64,000 bases of DNA from Podarcis melisellensis. Lineage: Eukaryota. Position 1 is the first letter of the stretch. Each line of letters begins with the position of its first letter. Of the stretch, positions 12,836 to 25,371 are shown piece by piece. The notes below the pieces were generated by a model. It was not told the DNA's origin. It saw only the letters and a list, made by a program, of their open reading frames with translations, and ran no database searches. The stretch lies in the NCBI GenBank assembly GCA_964234715.1, contig OZ174286.1, one strand, 5' to 3'. A program made the translations under genes and the position numbers.

Positions 12836-15651
12836 TACTTCCGCGACAAATAGATTTACGTCGCTATTTTATTACATCAATATATACTTTAAGGCGACAG
12901 TGCTTTGGCACCTCTGCCAGGCAGCAAGAACAAATGTTAAGCAGTAAGTTAGCTTATTGGAGGGCTGAGCTAGATGCAACATTGGCTATCCACAAGATCT
13001 CCCATCTTTCTCAGTTAAGATGGGGGGGGGGAGAGAGTGCTTTGGGAGCAGTCCTATGCAGCTGGAAGTGAAGAGAGTCATCCTTTCAGTAATGTCAGTT
13101 TATTGACCTGAATTCCCACGCACCCACCCCCACCCCGTCCCCCAAGCTGCTGCTTGCCCTCAAAAGAAAAGCATTCAGGCACCAACAGTTGGTCTTACGG
13201 CAGGAAGAGGGAGCCACTAGCCCTCCAGATATTGTTAGACTCCAATTCATCCTCCCCAGGGAACATGGCTCATGGTCAGGAATGATGTGGGGGCAGTAAT
13301 ATAACTCCTGGATGGACCAAGCATCTTTTGACAAAATGAGATTGCTTCTGTTTTTATTGTTCTTACGTATTCTGTGTTTTTTATATTGTAATTTGGTGTT
13401 GTGGACCGCCCTGTGACCTATGGGTAAAGGGCAGTACACAAATTTAATAAATGCAACAACAACAACAACATGCGTTTTAGTCCAACGACATCTGAGGGGC
13501 CCCAGATGTCCCATTCCTGTTAAAAATATTTACTTTTGCTTTGCTAATCCATTATGGTAATTACCTTGAACAGCAGATAAAATAAAGGCTACTTCAGAAG
13601 GCACATCAATTCAGTAATTATATGAGTGCTCTAGATGATTTGCTCAGCCTTCCCTGAAGTATTGCCCTCCAGATGTTGTGGGACTTTAACTCTCCCAGCC
13701 AGCAGGGCCAATGGTCAGAGAACACAGAAAGATGCCTTGTTGAGTCAGGTCATTGGTCCATCTCATACAGTACTGAGAATGCCTTGGAGACTTGCAACAG
13801 GATGCCATGATCCACAAGGACAAGTGTTCCTATGTATTATGGTGTGTGGATGATGATTTATAGGTGTGAGAGAGGAGCCTTTTCAGAAGTATCCTTGTTA
13901 TAATCTCAATGTGACCTCTGTGTCTCAGGCATTTTGAATGAACAGTGAGGTCAAGAGGCATATCTACAGCATCTCAAATTGTACACCGAGTCAAAAGTGA
14001 CATGTCATTTCTTCCCCTCAAATAAAGGAAGTTGCAGGTTTTCCAACAAAAAAAATACATTATTCTGTGGAAGGAAGTAGGATGCTGAATAGACCAAAAA
14101 AAGAAAGTGGAGGAAAATGATATGTCTTCTTGATGACTCAACTACTTGTTTAGAAGCTGCCAGCCAGCCTCCACACCTCCAGCATATACAGAATAATGAA
14201 ACAAGACAGATTTTCCAAGCCATATCTCCCTTTTAGTTTGGAAGCCACCAGGAAACTGCTGAAAATAAAGAGCTTAATTGCACTGCAGATCTGTTTTTGA
14301 TTTTATTAATATTAATTGAACGTATATCCTGCCTTCCCTTGAGCCCAGGGCAGCAAACACACAGCATTTCAAAAGAGAAACAAAGCAAAAGCTTTCTAAA
14401 ATGGTCAAGACACTCTTAAAAACAAATAAAATTAAAATATCCAAAAGCAGTTGCAGTCTTCTCTCCATCTAATTAAAAGACTTTGGATCTTTTCATAAAA
14501 CCCTATTCACGTCTTCAGAAGCAAGCAGTCTTTGGAGGGGTGACGCGAGGGAGGAGAACGAGGCCAAGGTCACCTGACCCTTACTCCCACACCGCCACTG
14601 CTGCAGCCTATGTGATCCACTCCTCAGTGCTGTGTATAGGTTGAGGCTACCAAACGGGCATAAGTAGGGTGAAATCCTGGGCACTCAATGCTTCTTCATG
14701 CTCACAGAGCTTGTGTGTGCATGTGGAAGGCTGCCCCGCTGAAGATCCACCTTCCAACCACTGACAGGATTGGGAAGGGCGCAGAGTGTGGGGATATGCC
14801 AGAGTATGCTCACACTCTCACACAATTATCTCCGTGTGCTTTTGAACATCTGAACAGCATTAGAGTGCTGAGTTAACCTGGAGGTTTAAGTTGCAATCCC
14901 ATGCACACTGACCAGACTCAACTGATCATGCGGACCGGCTACCGCTAAAATCTCAACAAATCCAGTGTAATGTACAAAAACATGTTGCTATTGGAATGAA
15001 AAAAATATTTCCTTGAAGACAAAACCAAGACTACAGCCAGATGCAATTCCTAAGTCGTATGGGTTGCTGCTACAATTATTTTATGAATAATACAGTTATA
15101 TATTATTGTTGTCAAAGTGAATTAACTCCATCTGAAGCACAATCAGTAGGATGACAATGATGTTACCAGGTCTGCCACTAATAAACCTTCCACTCTCCCT
15201 TTCCAGAGAGGTTAAATGTAACATAGCGTGAAACAACATAAAATAATAATATTTACTGGGCTAGTCCATAGGCCACATCCAAAGAAAACAATGAATAAAA
15301 TGCTTTAAAAACTCCACACAGGAGCATGCATGAGATAAAACAAAACTAAATAGTAAAAACGGAGGAGATACATGTCAGAAAGAATTGATAGTCTCCCAGC
15401 GCAGGAACTCCACCACAGCTGACTGAAAGGGCTTCCAAGTAACTTGTCCTGAGGCTGGAAGCTTTTATTGCAAAAGAGACCACCCTCCAAATCACATACC
15501 AATTACTTCTTTGTAACAGAAAGCTTGCTATGTCTTTCACTTTCTAATACCTTTATGGTGTGCGACATTAAAGTGATCACTGATCAAAGTGAGCTTTTTT
15601 TCTTCACTCCAAACATCTCGAATTCCCCGGAAGAAATGGTAGCTGCTTTAC

Positions 15652-15767
15652 CTTCAGATCGATGAGTAGACAAAGGCGTCTGCGTCTCCTTGGAATAGGA
15701 CACCACTTCCCGAGGCAAGAAGTCCACCTGGGTGATCTTTGACACGCCCAGTTTGTGTAGGCGGCGG
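15652..15767 (-). CDS. DYNC1I1: DYNC1I1 exon 6 (Tctex-1- and LC8-binding segments)
   Basis: Acceptor ttgttctag|C; 116 nt encoding (G)[38 protein letters not shown] plus one G; LC8 motif KETQT; donor G|GTAAAG. Confidence 0.96.
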
Positions 15768-15951
15768 CTAGAACAAGCAAACCAAAAGGCTGGGTTAGGT
15801 ACTGGAGTGTGCTGTCAAAAGCGCTATGGCCCTCATTCATGAACACAAGAAGCAGCCTTATAGTGGGGTCAGACCATTAGTCCTTCTAGCTCAGCATTGT
15901 CAATGCTGACAGGAAGTAGCTCTCCAATGTTTCAGGCACTGTACTTCCCAG

Positions 15952-16129
15952 CAGAGGCGGATTTAGGGGAGCGCAACCAGTTCAGCAGCACTGGGCGCCG
16001 AGCATCGGAGGCACTGCAGAGGATGTCATTTCCTCCACTATTTAGAATGGAGGATGAGAAGTGGAGAGGGGGTGGATTTTGGCGTCGCACAGGGCGCTGT
16101 GAAATGTGAGACCCCAAGGTCCGCCACTG
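15952..16129. mobile_element. hAT-like MITE nested in a SINE
   Basis: TIRs CAGAGGCGGA / TCCGCCACTG; degenerate TSD TTCCCAG/TTTCCAG. Confidence 0.65.
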
Positions 16130-16624
16130 TTTCCAGCCCTACCTTGAGATGCTGAGGACCAAACCCAGAAGCTTTTGCATGCCAGGCCTTTGCTCCCCCA
16201 CCCAGTTAAGTCCTTTCCCCAGTTCCCACAGGATGTGGGGTTTTTTTCCATTAGCAACTTAACTTTGCTTTCTCCGGGGGGTTGACACTGATGCTGCAAG
16301 CTAGAAAAGTGCTGTTTCTACTCCGTTTTGCTTTAAATCGAGCTTTCAGCAAAAAATAAAAATGATGTGGCAGTATAGCAGCCACCATTGCTAGTGCTGC
16401 AACTAGTCTGTTTTTGAGAAAGGATTTCATGAACGCCCCCAAATGACTCTCTTTCACAGCTCTGAATTTGCCACTGTGCATTAACACAATGCACACTCCA
16501 AAGCATCGACCGCAGTCTGTTCGCAGGATGCGCAAAGGGCGTCATCCAACCTTGCCAGAATCTTTTGCTGCTGGATTCTAAGAGCTGAACCAGACAAGAC
16601 ACCATTCATGCAACCAGGCATGCA

Positions 16625-16815
16625 GGGGAAGGGCTACAACTTGGTGGTGGAGCACATGATCTGCATGTGTAAGCCCCAGTTTGAAACCCCAGCATCTCCA
16701 GTTATGGCTGAGATTGCCTCATGCCTGAAACCCTAGAGAGGGGCTGCCAGTTAGTGTAGGCAATAGTGAGCTAGATAGACCAGTGTTCTGACTCAGTACA
16801 AGGCAGCTTCCTGTG
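16625..16815 (+). mobile_element. tRNA-derived SINE (Squam2/Anolis SINE2-like; family name tentative)
   Basis: tRNA-like head and ...CTGCCAGTTAGTGTAG...GACTCAGTACAAGGCAGCTTCCT end. Other copies near 10150-10335, 15860-16200, 42460-42625 and 45085-45608. Confidence 0.65.
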
Positions 16816-17964
16816 CAAATTACTTCTAAAAAAAAAAAAAGCACAGTGCAGGAAACGCCCCCATGCCTTCCCCTTACTTCCTCCCCCCCCCCCAAAAAAA
16901 ATGCTAATTGTGTGAACAGCATTATGCTTGGTTTGTCCTTAATAATCAAAAGATAAAAACAGAAGTTGCTTGACATTCTTAGGATAACACTGGTAATGGT
17001 ACTGCAGTCCTGTCCTCAAGATGGACAGGATATTTCTTGCACTCCTTCTCATATTGTGAGCCTATACATTATTGTGTGGAAGCAAATATCCCTGTATAAA
17101 ATGGGGCTTGTTCCCAAAGTAGGTGTGCACTGGGCTGCAGTCATATTCTGCTCCTCGCCCACCTCTAATCCAATAAAAAATATTTTATGTATATAACCAG
17201 TACCTATCCAAAGACAATTTTAAGGTTATTTGTAACACAACCCAAACATAATCTCAGAGAGGGGAAGCCCTGGTTCAAATAGCTCAGCTATAAAGCAGAC
17301 TGGGTGAATTTGGGATAGTCACCTCTGCTCAACATAATCAACCTCGCAGAGCTGAGCCCTCTGGAGGAAGTTCAGTGCAAAAATATTACATCAGTGTATT
17401 ATATCATGGTAGTGAAGAAGCCAAAGTTGTGTAAATTGTATTAGCTAATTTATTGACTGCAACTTTCAAAGCTAAAAGGGTAATGGGCTAAAAGGAAATA
17501 GATATACGACTGGTGTGATATTAATAAAATACTCTGAACAATGAACAAGTAGGGAAAATCTGTGGCCTGCCGGTGATGTTAAAAACATACATGTTGATAG
17601 TACACACCTATAACATGCATGTTACTGTTTCCACAAACATGCTTTTCCAACATTTCATCTCCAGTGAAATGAAAATGTTTCTTTTGAAAACATCAAAAGT
17701 GCACTGGACCCTGGATGTTTTCACTAGCCAGAATTAGTGACCGTTTTCAGAAAGCTTCGCTTCTGTTTTTCTCAGAAGAAGATGGTCCTTCTCCAAAAAA
17801 ATTAAAAAACAAAACAAAAATAAGAGTACTGTATGACGCTGAGGATTCAGCACACACATACACGCAAGGAGAAAGCTGATCGAGGAAGCAACTTCAACAT
17901 AACTGGTGCAAACAAAGTCATAGTATAACAAGAGGGAAAATAAAGAACGAGAGTGGACATATAC

Positions 17965-18024
17965 CCAAGTTCAGAGTCAGACTGAAGCTGCAGCACTGAA
18001 GGGTCTGTGTCCCACTGCAGGGTC
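17965..18024 (-). CDS. DYNC1I1: DYNC1I1 exon 5 (60-nt alternatively spliced cassette)
   Basis: Acceptor ctcgctag|G; encodes (R)TLQWDTDPSVLQLQSDSEL(G), matching my recollection of the mammalian IC-1 cassette; donor GG|GTATAT; phase 2/2. Confidence 0.95.
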
Positions 18025-18362
18025 CTAGCGAGGTTATCAGCAGCACAGCACAAGGGGAGGAAGAAGAACACACAGAATTAACTGCAATGACGGGCTGCAG
18101 GGAGAGGAACAAATCACTTTGTCGTTTGCCATATGCTGTAAAAGCACAGAACACAGCTCCAAAAGTAGAACAGAGAAACACAGGCAATATCACAGAATAT
18201 CTACTGTCAGACAAGAGCAGGTAATTCCATCAAACTCTCTTTCTCTGTCAAAACTGGAGAATGTTACGCTAGCAAGGACAAGAGGCTTCCGACTTTTGCT
18301 CAGCTCTGCTTCACTTCAAAAACAACCATCCTGAAAGACCAGCTGCTTAGCTGATGAATATA

Positions 18363-18528
18363 TCGTATTTTTCCGTGTATAAGACTAGGGTTTTTTCCTA
18401 AAAAATAATGTCCAAAATTTGGGGGTGTTTTATACATGGATAGATCTTACCCCATTTTCTTAAATCGGAGTCCCCCAAAATAGGGGGTGTCTTACACATG
18501 GGGGTGTCTTTTAGATGGAAAAATATGG
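18363..18528. mobile_element. Tc1/mariner (Tigger/Tc2-like) MITE with CCGTATTTT-type ends
   Basis: TA-TCGTATTTTTCCGTGTATAAGAC ... GTCTTTTAGATGGAAAAATATGG-TA imperfect TIRs. Confidence 0.75.
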
Positions 18529-20261
18529 TAATCCAGATGATTATCATATGTTGTTAAATGATGTTAAATGTGAACGTCCCCCCTCCCACCCACAGTGAAG
18601 AAGCTGCATCCAATTCGTAGCTCAACATCAAGGTCAACAGGGAAGCCCTTGCGCTTGCTGGAGCTCCATGAGTACACTGGAGCACCCATGTGCTTGAGTG
18701 CCCTGGAAAGAGCGTTCTGCAAGCAGGTCGCTGCATGCAGATTTGTTGCACCAGAGGCACAAAAGGCTACAATTGGGAGGGCAGAAAATCTCTGCATGCA
18801 ACACTCGGGGTGTCTGCATGGCATGTGGCGTGCACACCGACTAACAGATGATCAGCATTGCCAGCTATGAGTTAAGAGGACTGAGCACATTTTAGGTGGG
18901 TAGGAGAGGAAATCCAGAAGCACAGCAATGAGAGTGCTTCCTCCAGCTGAGATCTGGATTCCCAGCATTAGGACCAAGTGATCTCTGCATTCTCATTTCA
19001 ACTAACAGATGGGTTTGAAAAACAAATGAATGAAGAAACAACATAATAACATCATAATTCTATACATACTTATCTAATGGTACATAAATGGAATTATTAA
19101 AATAGTAGGTTATAAATAATTGTCCTCACTACCTACTTAGTTCAAAGGCAGTTAGTAACTGGTTGACTAACAGGCTACATCTAAGGACACAGGAATATAC
19201 AACATTATTTTATAAATTGATTTTTCCAGGAGCTGATCTTCTTTTTAAAAAATGACAGAGTGAAGTAGTCTTGTGGCAGTTCCAACCTGGGAGAGACCAC
19301 AACTTGCCACATTGCAATTTTTAAGGTGTTCAAGGATACAAGCTGGGAACATAGTGAAGTGATCCTAAAACAAGTAGCAGCTGGCGAGGCAGCACAGGGA
19401 GAGGGGCAGGGGCAAGGCAATGGAGAGCTTGGCATGGGCTGGCACCACCACTGTGCCCACACCACTTTTGTACAGTAAGCTAGCTTGCACCCCTCTCTTT
19501 CCTCCATTCCGGCAAGCGAAAGGAATTATCAGAGGACACATTTCAGCCAAGCAAAGACATTTAAGGAAAGTGTGAAGCAGGGCTACTGAAGGACATGGCT
19601 ATGGCACAGAAAGACTCCCAAGGGCCAGACAGAGAGGCTTAGAGGGCCACATTCCCCTGCCCTCGAGCCAGAGGTTCACCAGCCCTGGACTAGACCTGCC
19701 TTCTGCAACCTGATGCACTCCAGATGTTTTGGGCTACCACTCCCATCAGCCACCACCAACACAGCACTTCCAGGTTGATTTGAAGAGCCTGTGTAGTGTA
19801 GTGGTCAGAGAGCTGGGTTAGAAGCTGGGAGACCTGGGTTCAAATCCCCACACAGCTGTGAAGTTCACTGGGTGGCGTCACACCAGCCACTGCCTCACAC
19901 CCTAACTTACCTCACATGGTTTTTGTTAGGACAAAATGGGGAGGATATAAGAGGTGGAATATAAATTTAACAATAAATTTTAAAAATGTATAAAAATATC
20001 TCTTGCCTCTTGGACTGAGTCAGTTGGTTCAATGTGCACCTAAGGGTTGACTCTGCCCACACAACTATGGCAAAGAAAATTGGTTGAAAGCTCATTCCAG
20101 CACTGGATTTAGGGACAGTTGCCCATGGTCCCATCCTGGAAAACAGCACACTAATCTGTTTCTTATATTTTTTTTAATAAGCGGGATGAATGACTTATTA
20201 AAGGGAACGCAGCACAAACAAATCAGGATGAATGCTCAGTGTCATCTAACTTCCCCACTAT

Positions 20262-20537
20262 TGTAGAATATCTGAAAAATATATGTGAGGTGCAAACAAC
20301 GCTAGTGGGGTTTCAAGAAGCACTGTAAAACTCTAAGAGGTATTGTTTAAAGGAAATAGAAAAAAATGAGGGAAGATAAATGGCAATATAATGAAAGAAA
20401 TGTGTATTGAATGGTAAAAATGGATGATTACCAGAGAAGCCGAAGGAAGACCAAAATTTGAATTTTGTTAATATCAGATAAAATGTGTATGAGTGTGATG
20501 TATTGAAAATTACTAAAAATTATTTTTTTAAAAAAAA
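20262..20537 (+). mobile_element. Short 3' end of the same L1 family
   Basis: Encodes VEYLKNICEVQTTLVGFQEAL*, then 3'UTR and poly(A); 14-bp TSD AACTTCCCCACTAT at 20248-20261 and 20538-20551. Confidence 0.85.
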
Positions 20538-22602
20538 AACTTCCCCACTATCAATTCCAAATGCTCGATGAAAACCGGACACAGTCTAACACCAGCATAA
20601 ATTTTGTGTGAGCTAACCAGAAAGGACACTCAACAAACAGGTTGCCTGGAGGAGCCCCTATACGTGCTTCCTAGCTAAACACAGAGGGGCTGACTTCCTG
20701 CACAAAAGTACTATGGATTGATTGGACTGCAGATGGGACAATCATGCTAGATGAGCTCAGTTCCTGTTAGTTGCACTTTGGAGGGCAAGAGCAAGGGCAC
20801 TGGCCACACGCTGTCACATTGAGATGAAACAATCAATATTAAGTCCATTAAAAGAATAAATAAATAAAAGGGACCTTGCAGCAGGGCATGTTCAAAAGGA
20901 TTTGAGCTGTAGTAAGAGAATCCTCCTGGTGACTTGGCTGAAAACTTGCCCAGGATTTTGTGTGTCCTTGGAAAGGCATTTTTGAAAGCGATTCCTTCAA
21001 AATAAAAATACAAACGACACAGACAGCCAATAAGATTTTGCTCAGGTGGCTTTTTATGAGCAGAGGCAGAAATCTCTTCCTCCCAATACTTCTACCTAAT
21101 CTGAATGATGAAAGAGGAGGGGGCGGAAGATGCCAAGCACTTTCTGTGCCTAATGTGTTAGAGAAGTTGCCGAGATGAAACTGAAACAAAGTGGAAATGA
21201 TCTCCGTAACACTGCCAAGGTCATTAGCGAAGAAAGTGTGATTTGCCAAATATGCGCCAGCTTCTAATGTCATGAGTATCGGGGGACCACTTATACCTGC
21301 ACACCCAGGATACTTAGGGGGGCGGGGGACACGCAGCTTGCTCGAGGCAGTCATTACCCCTTTGCTCCATCCTCTTTCAAAACCTGTCAAGTTTCCCAAG
21401 TGACAAACAATATTCCGTTAGGGAGAATTCCATTGCTGTGTGATTAAAGGAAGAGCTGGGGAACAGAATCCTCAGCAGACAAAGGCAATTGAGGTTACCG
21501 GAGGACAATGTTGCCTTGTACAGGCTTTGCACAGGTTCAAATGTCAGGTCCGCCTTTGCCGGCTCCCCATTTCAGGCTAGCTAGCACTGACCCTCTTATT
21601 CAAAGACTACCATTAACAGCTGGTTCGGGATCTGCTCTGCACACGCCTTTCCGCTTGACAGCGCTCCGCGATCGTATTTTCCAATGCTCCCCCTTATTAA
21701 AATTTTAAAAACAACCACAACTCCCTGCATACATTAGGGGGAGGTTTGCTATAAGTCTAAACACGCAAAAGTGAATTTTGTAAGAAGTGTTTCTCAACTG
21801 CTTACTGGATTCCCACCCCCTTTTTGAGTTTCTGGCTCCCCGTGTCTTCTCCTGCAAAATGCTCGTGGCTTTAGTTGTTCCTTGTAACATTTTCCATGGG
21901 TATCCAATGGTAAGTGACACCTTTGATTTCCTTGGGGCCAATAGATGTTGCCACCTCTAAAAGAAAAGCAGACTAATTAAAGCTTTCATGAGTAGATTAA
22001 TGAGTACAACAGGGCCATTATCCACCCTAGTTCAGTGACAGCACATTACATATTAATACAGGACTGAGCAGAGACTCAGGTTGCTAAGTCACACTAGGAA
22101 GCCCCCTTAGGGAACAAGAGCGCCCCCTCCCCTCAAAACCAGCCATACCACGAGAAACTTACTAATGAGAACTATAATCTAGACAAGCAAACTCTACATT
22201 TCCTTGAGGAATGAGAGTGTGACTGTTTTTAATGATGCCACTGGCTCACATGCAAAAAGACTAATTAACCAGAGGTTCCCGACTCTATCTGGCAGGCACC
22301 CAGAACCAATCCGTGCTTTTGTGATGGCCATACAAACAGAAATTGACTATTCATGTAAGCTCATGTGTCCAATAGGGCTTGCAATCCCACGCACTCACTC
22401 TAACTTGGGAGTAAGTAAACTAAACCCCGCACTGAGTGAGACATACAAGTAAACATATATTGGATCAGACTGCTAGATGGATTTATCTCATGAGCTTCTG
22501 TTTAGAGCACCCTTTCTCAACCTTGGGTCCCCAGGTGTTGTTGGACTACAACTCCCATCATCCCTAGCTAGCAGGACCAGTAGTCAGGAATGGCAGGAGC
22601 TG

Positions 22603-22945
22603 TATACCTGAAGGAGCATCTCCACCCCTATTGTTCAGCATGGACACTGAGATCCAGCTCTGAGGGCCTTCTTGTGGTTCTCTCATTGCAAGAGATGAGG
22701 TTACAGGGAACCAGGCAGAGGGCCTTTTCGGTAGTTGAAACCGCCCTGTGGAATGCCCTCCCATCAGATGTCAAACATATAAACAGCTACATGGTTTTTA
22801 AAAGACATCTGAAGGCAGCCCTGTTCAGGGAAGTTTTTAGTGTTTGACGTTTTATTGCGTTTTTACTATTCTTGTGTTGGAAGCCATCCCGAATGGCTGA
22901 GGCAACCCTGTCAGATAGGCAGCATATAAATAAATAATAAGTAAT
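22603..22945 (+). mobile_element. L2 LINE 3' fragment
   Basis: YLKEHLHPY...LRSSSEGLLVV...RAFSVV...LWNALP...FKRHLKAALF is the L2 ORF2 terminus, followed by an (AAT/AAAT) tail. Confidence 0.85.
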
Positions 22946-23470
22946 TGTTGTTGATGATCCATAATATCTGGAGACCCAAGACTGAGAAAAGCTGGTCTAG
23001 AGTACATACCAAATATTGCCATGAAGAACAGGAGGAAAACCCGGGTCCATATAAATCAAGCACTAATTCACTCATACCAATTGAAACCACATGACAACCT
23101 AAGAAATCACACAAAGCCACAAGACAGCTGCCTGTTACGAAAAAGGAGCAATGCAGCAGCGAGCAGCAGCTGCAGCTGGCTGCAAAGCCAAACAGGATGT
23201 TGATGTTTGTGGCTGTACCGTGGGAAAAGGGGGCAGTCCATTCACTGTACTGAGCACTGGATGTTAGCTCAGTGTGTCATCTGACCTGTACTGGAAGTAC
23301 AGGGGTGGAGTCTATATTCTCTCTCGCTGTTGATGTTAAGAGTGCAGACATGTTTCTCTGTACTGCTGCAAAAGACAGAAATAAAGGCATGCAAATATAT
23401 TTCTGTCTGTCTCTTTCCCCTCCCTGGGGATAGCAGGGAGGAGAGGGGAGGAGTGGTGTGTTCTTCTCAC

Positions 23471-23509
23471 GTTGAGGAGGATCGCCGATAGAGAGACCTC
23501 GCCTGTATC
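23471..23509 (-). CDS. DYNC1I1: Candidate 39-nt cassette microexon of DYNC1I1 between exons 4 and 5, (R)IQARSLYRRSSS(T)
   Basis: Polypyrimidine tract plus CAG acceptor, AAC|GTGAGA donor, 39 nt, phase 2/2, no stop in the DYNC1I1 frame, upstream UGC, downstream TGCATG. Prediction only. Confidence 0.5.
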
Positions 23510-25171
23510 CTGCCGGGAGTCGCAGAGGGGGAGGTCAACAAGGAAATCAGCCGGGTGCCTGGAGAGTGGCACATTCCTCTGACAAGGCTTGATTTCAACA
23601 CTGCCATCAACAATGGGAATGCAGTAAAAGTTGCCGGTCTATTTACTTCAGTGCCTTTCATGGGCACCATGATTTGATAGAAATATTCTTATTTGGACGT
23701 ATTAATACAGCAGCCATACTGCTTAAAGTTGTCAATTATTAGCTAACGGGCAAAGGTCAAGATGCTGGCAGCAGTGTACCCAATCGATCACTGCACTCCA
23801 CGGGAGAGGGCCTCCTGCAGATACCATCTCATCAGAAGGTCCTTTCCATATAATGTAAGAGTTGGACCTTTAGTGTGCCAGTATCTACCCATTGCAACTC
23901 TCTCAATATATATCACAGAGCTGGCTTTTCTACTGTCTTCTGTTGTAGACTAAGTCTAGATTCTTATCCCAGCCTGTATCTGTACTAGATTGGGAAATTG
24001 TTTTTATTGTTGACTTATTTATTGTTCATTGCTTTGGAATGCTCCATGAGAAGCATTTTATAAATGAAATGACTTAAGCTAATGCCCAAGAAGATACCAC
24101 ATGGCTAGTAAGCGGTGTGATGCTGCCAGGAAGCAACTACACTGGAAATGTTTTATTGTTTTCTTCTTGACAATAATACTGCACAATATGAACTGGCATA
24201 CTTAGAGCTCATGGGAAGACCTGAAAGGGTTGCCCTTGAAACCTGAGGTACTGAAGGACAAGTTTGGAGAGTGCTTGAGGCTGAATGAATTAGAAGATGC
24301 ATCCAGCACAGAGATGTAACAGCCAGCAAAGCCAAGGATCAAAGAATCTCTATCTTAAGACACAGGCTATGTGACAGAGGGTGGCATTTTACATCTAGCA
24401 CTCGTAGGCTCAGTGTGGTCAGAACAGATGGAGAACAGCAAAAGCTGTCAAGAACCATCAGCAGGCTTGGGAACATCAAGTCCTGACCTGTGAGGATGGG
24501 AACATCTGGGAATGTTGGCATTTTGGTGGAGGTTGTTTTGAGGTGGAGCAAGAGCAAGAGGCTCACCTCTTTCTGCCAGGAAACTGGTGAGAGGGCAATT
24601 GAGGGTATTGGGCAGGAGTCTCCTTTTTCACCTTGACTACTGAGAGGGAAATGGTGACTACAGGGTTGCAGGTTGAGGTGAAAAGAGCGACTGAGTTGAG
24701 TGACACAGCCCTAAGTTAGTCAATCATCTATAATACTTCAGCCAAGTAGGCCAAGATGAAAGACAAATTCAAATGGTGGTGATCTGCCCCACTCTAGCCA
24801 TCCCTTTAATTATAAATCTGTTCCTCGTATAATTCATAAGGGCAATGCTTGTGGCAACTGAGATATAAATATTCCCTGCTTTACATTACAAGACTTCACT
24901 TTCTGATCCAATAAAACTTCATAGTAAATAACAAACTTCCATTCTACCTGCTTTAAAACAATACTGTATATTCCTGATACCCACAGCAATTCATCTCTAC
25001 ATCCCTTAAAAAAAAACTCATTTAAAGCTACATTTTCTCTCATGCTTTTTGTTTGTTTGGGATTCTCTCCAGTCCTGCTTCACACCTTCCTTGAGTGTTT
25101 TGGGTTGGCTGGATGTGTCCTTGAAATCTGATAATACATGTAATATGGGCTTGTGTGTGTATAGAAAGTAG

Positions 25172-25371
25172 CAGGGCCGGTCCACCCATGAGGCAAGCTG
25201 AGGTGACTGCCTCAGGTGGCACAATCCACAGAGGCAGCAGATCCCAATGTGCATCTTTATTTCCCCCATGTTCCTCATGTAGATCTTCACTCACCCCTTC
25301 TTCCCTGACGGGGAGAGGGATGTCATTTTTGTGATTTGCCTCAGGTGCCAAAATGTCTTGATCTAGCCCTG
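25172..25371. mobile_element. hAT-like MITE
   Basis: CAGGGC...GCCCTG ends; degenerate 8-bp TSD GAAAGTAG/GAAACAAG; relative near 59566-59765. Confidence 0.6.

Noticed and set aside
14490-14570. Minus-strand pyrimidine tract plus AAG, followed 19 nt later by GTGAAT
   Set aside because: 19 nt is not frame-preserving, both sites are weak, and no supporting motifs were seen.
20848-21399. 183-aa minus-strand ORF with an internal CAG|GTATAA
   Set aside because: No recognisable homology and no convincing upstream acceptor.
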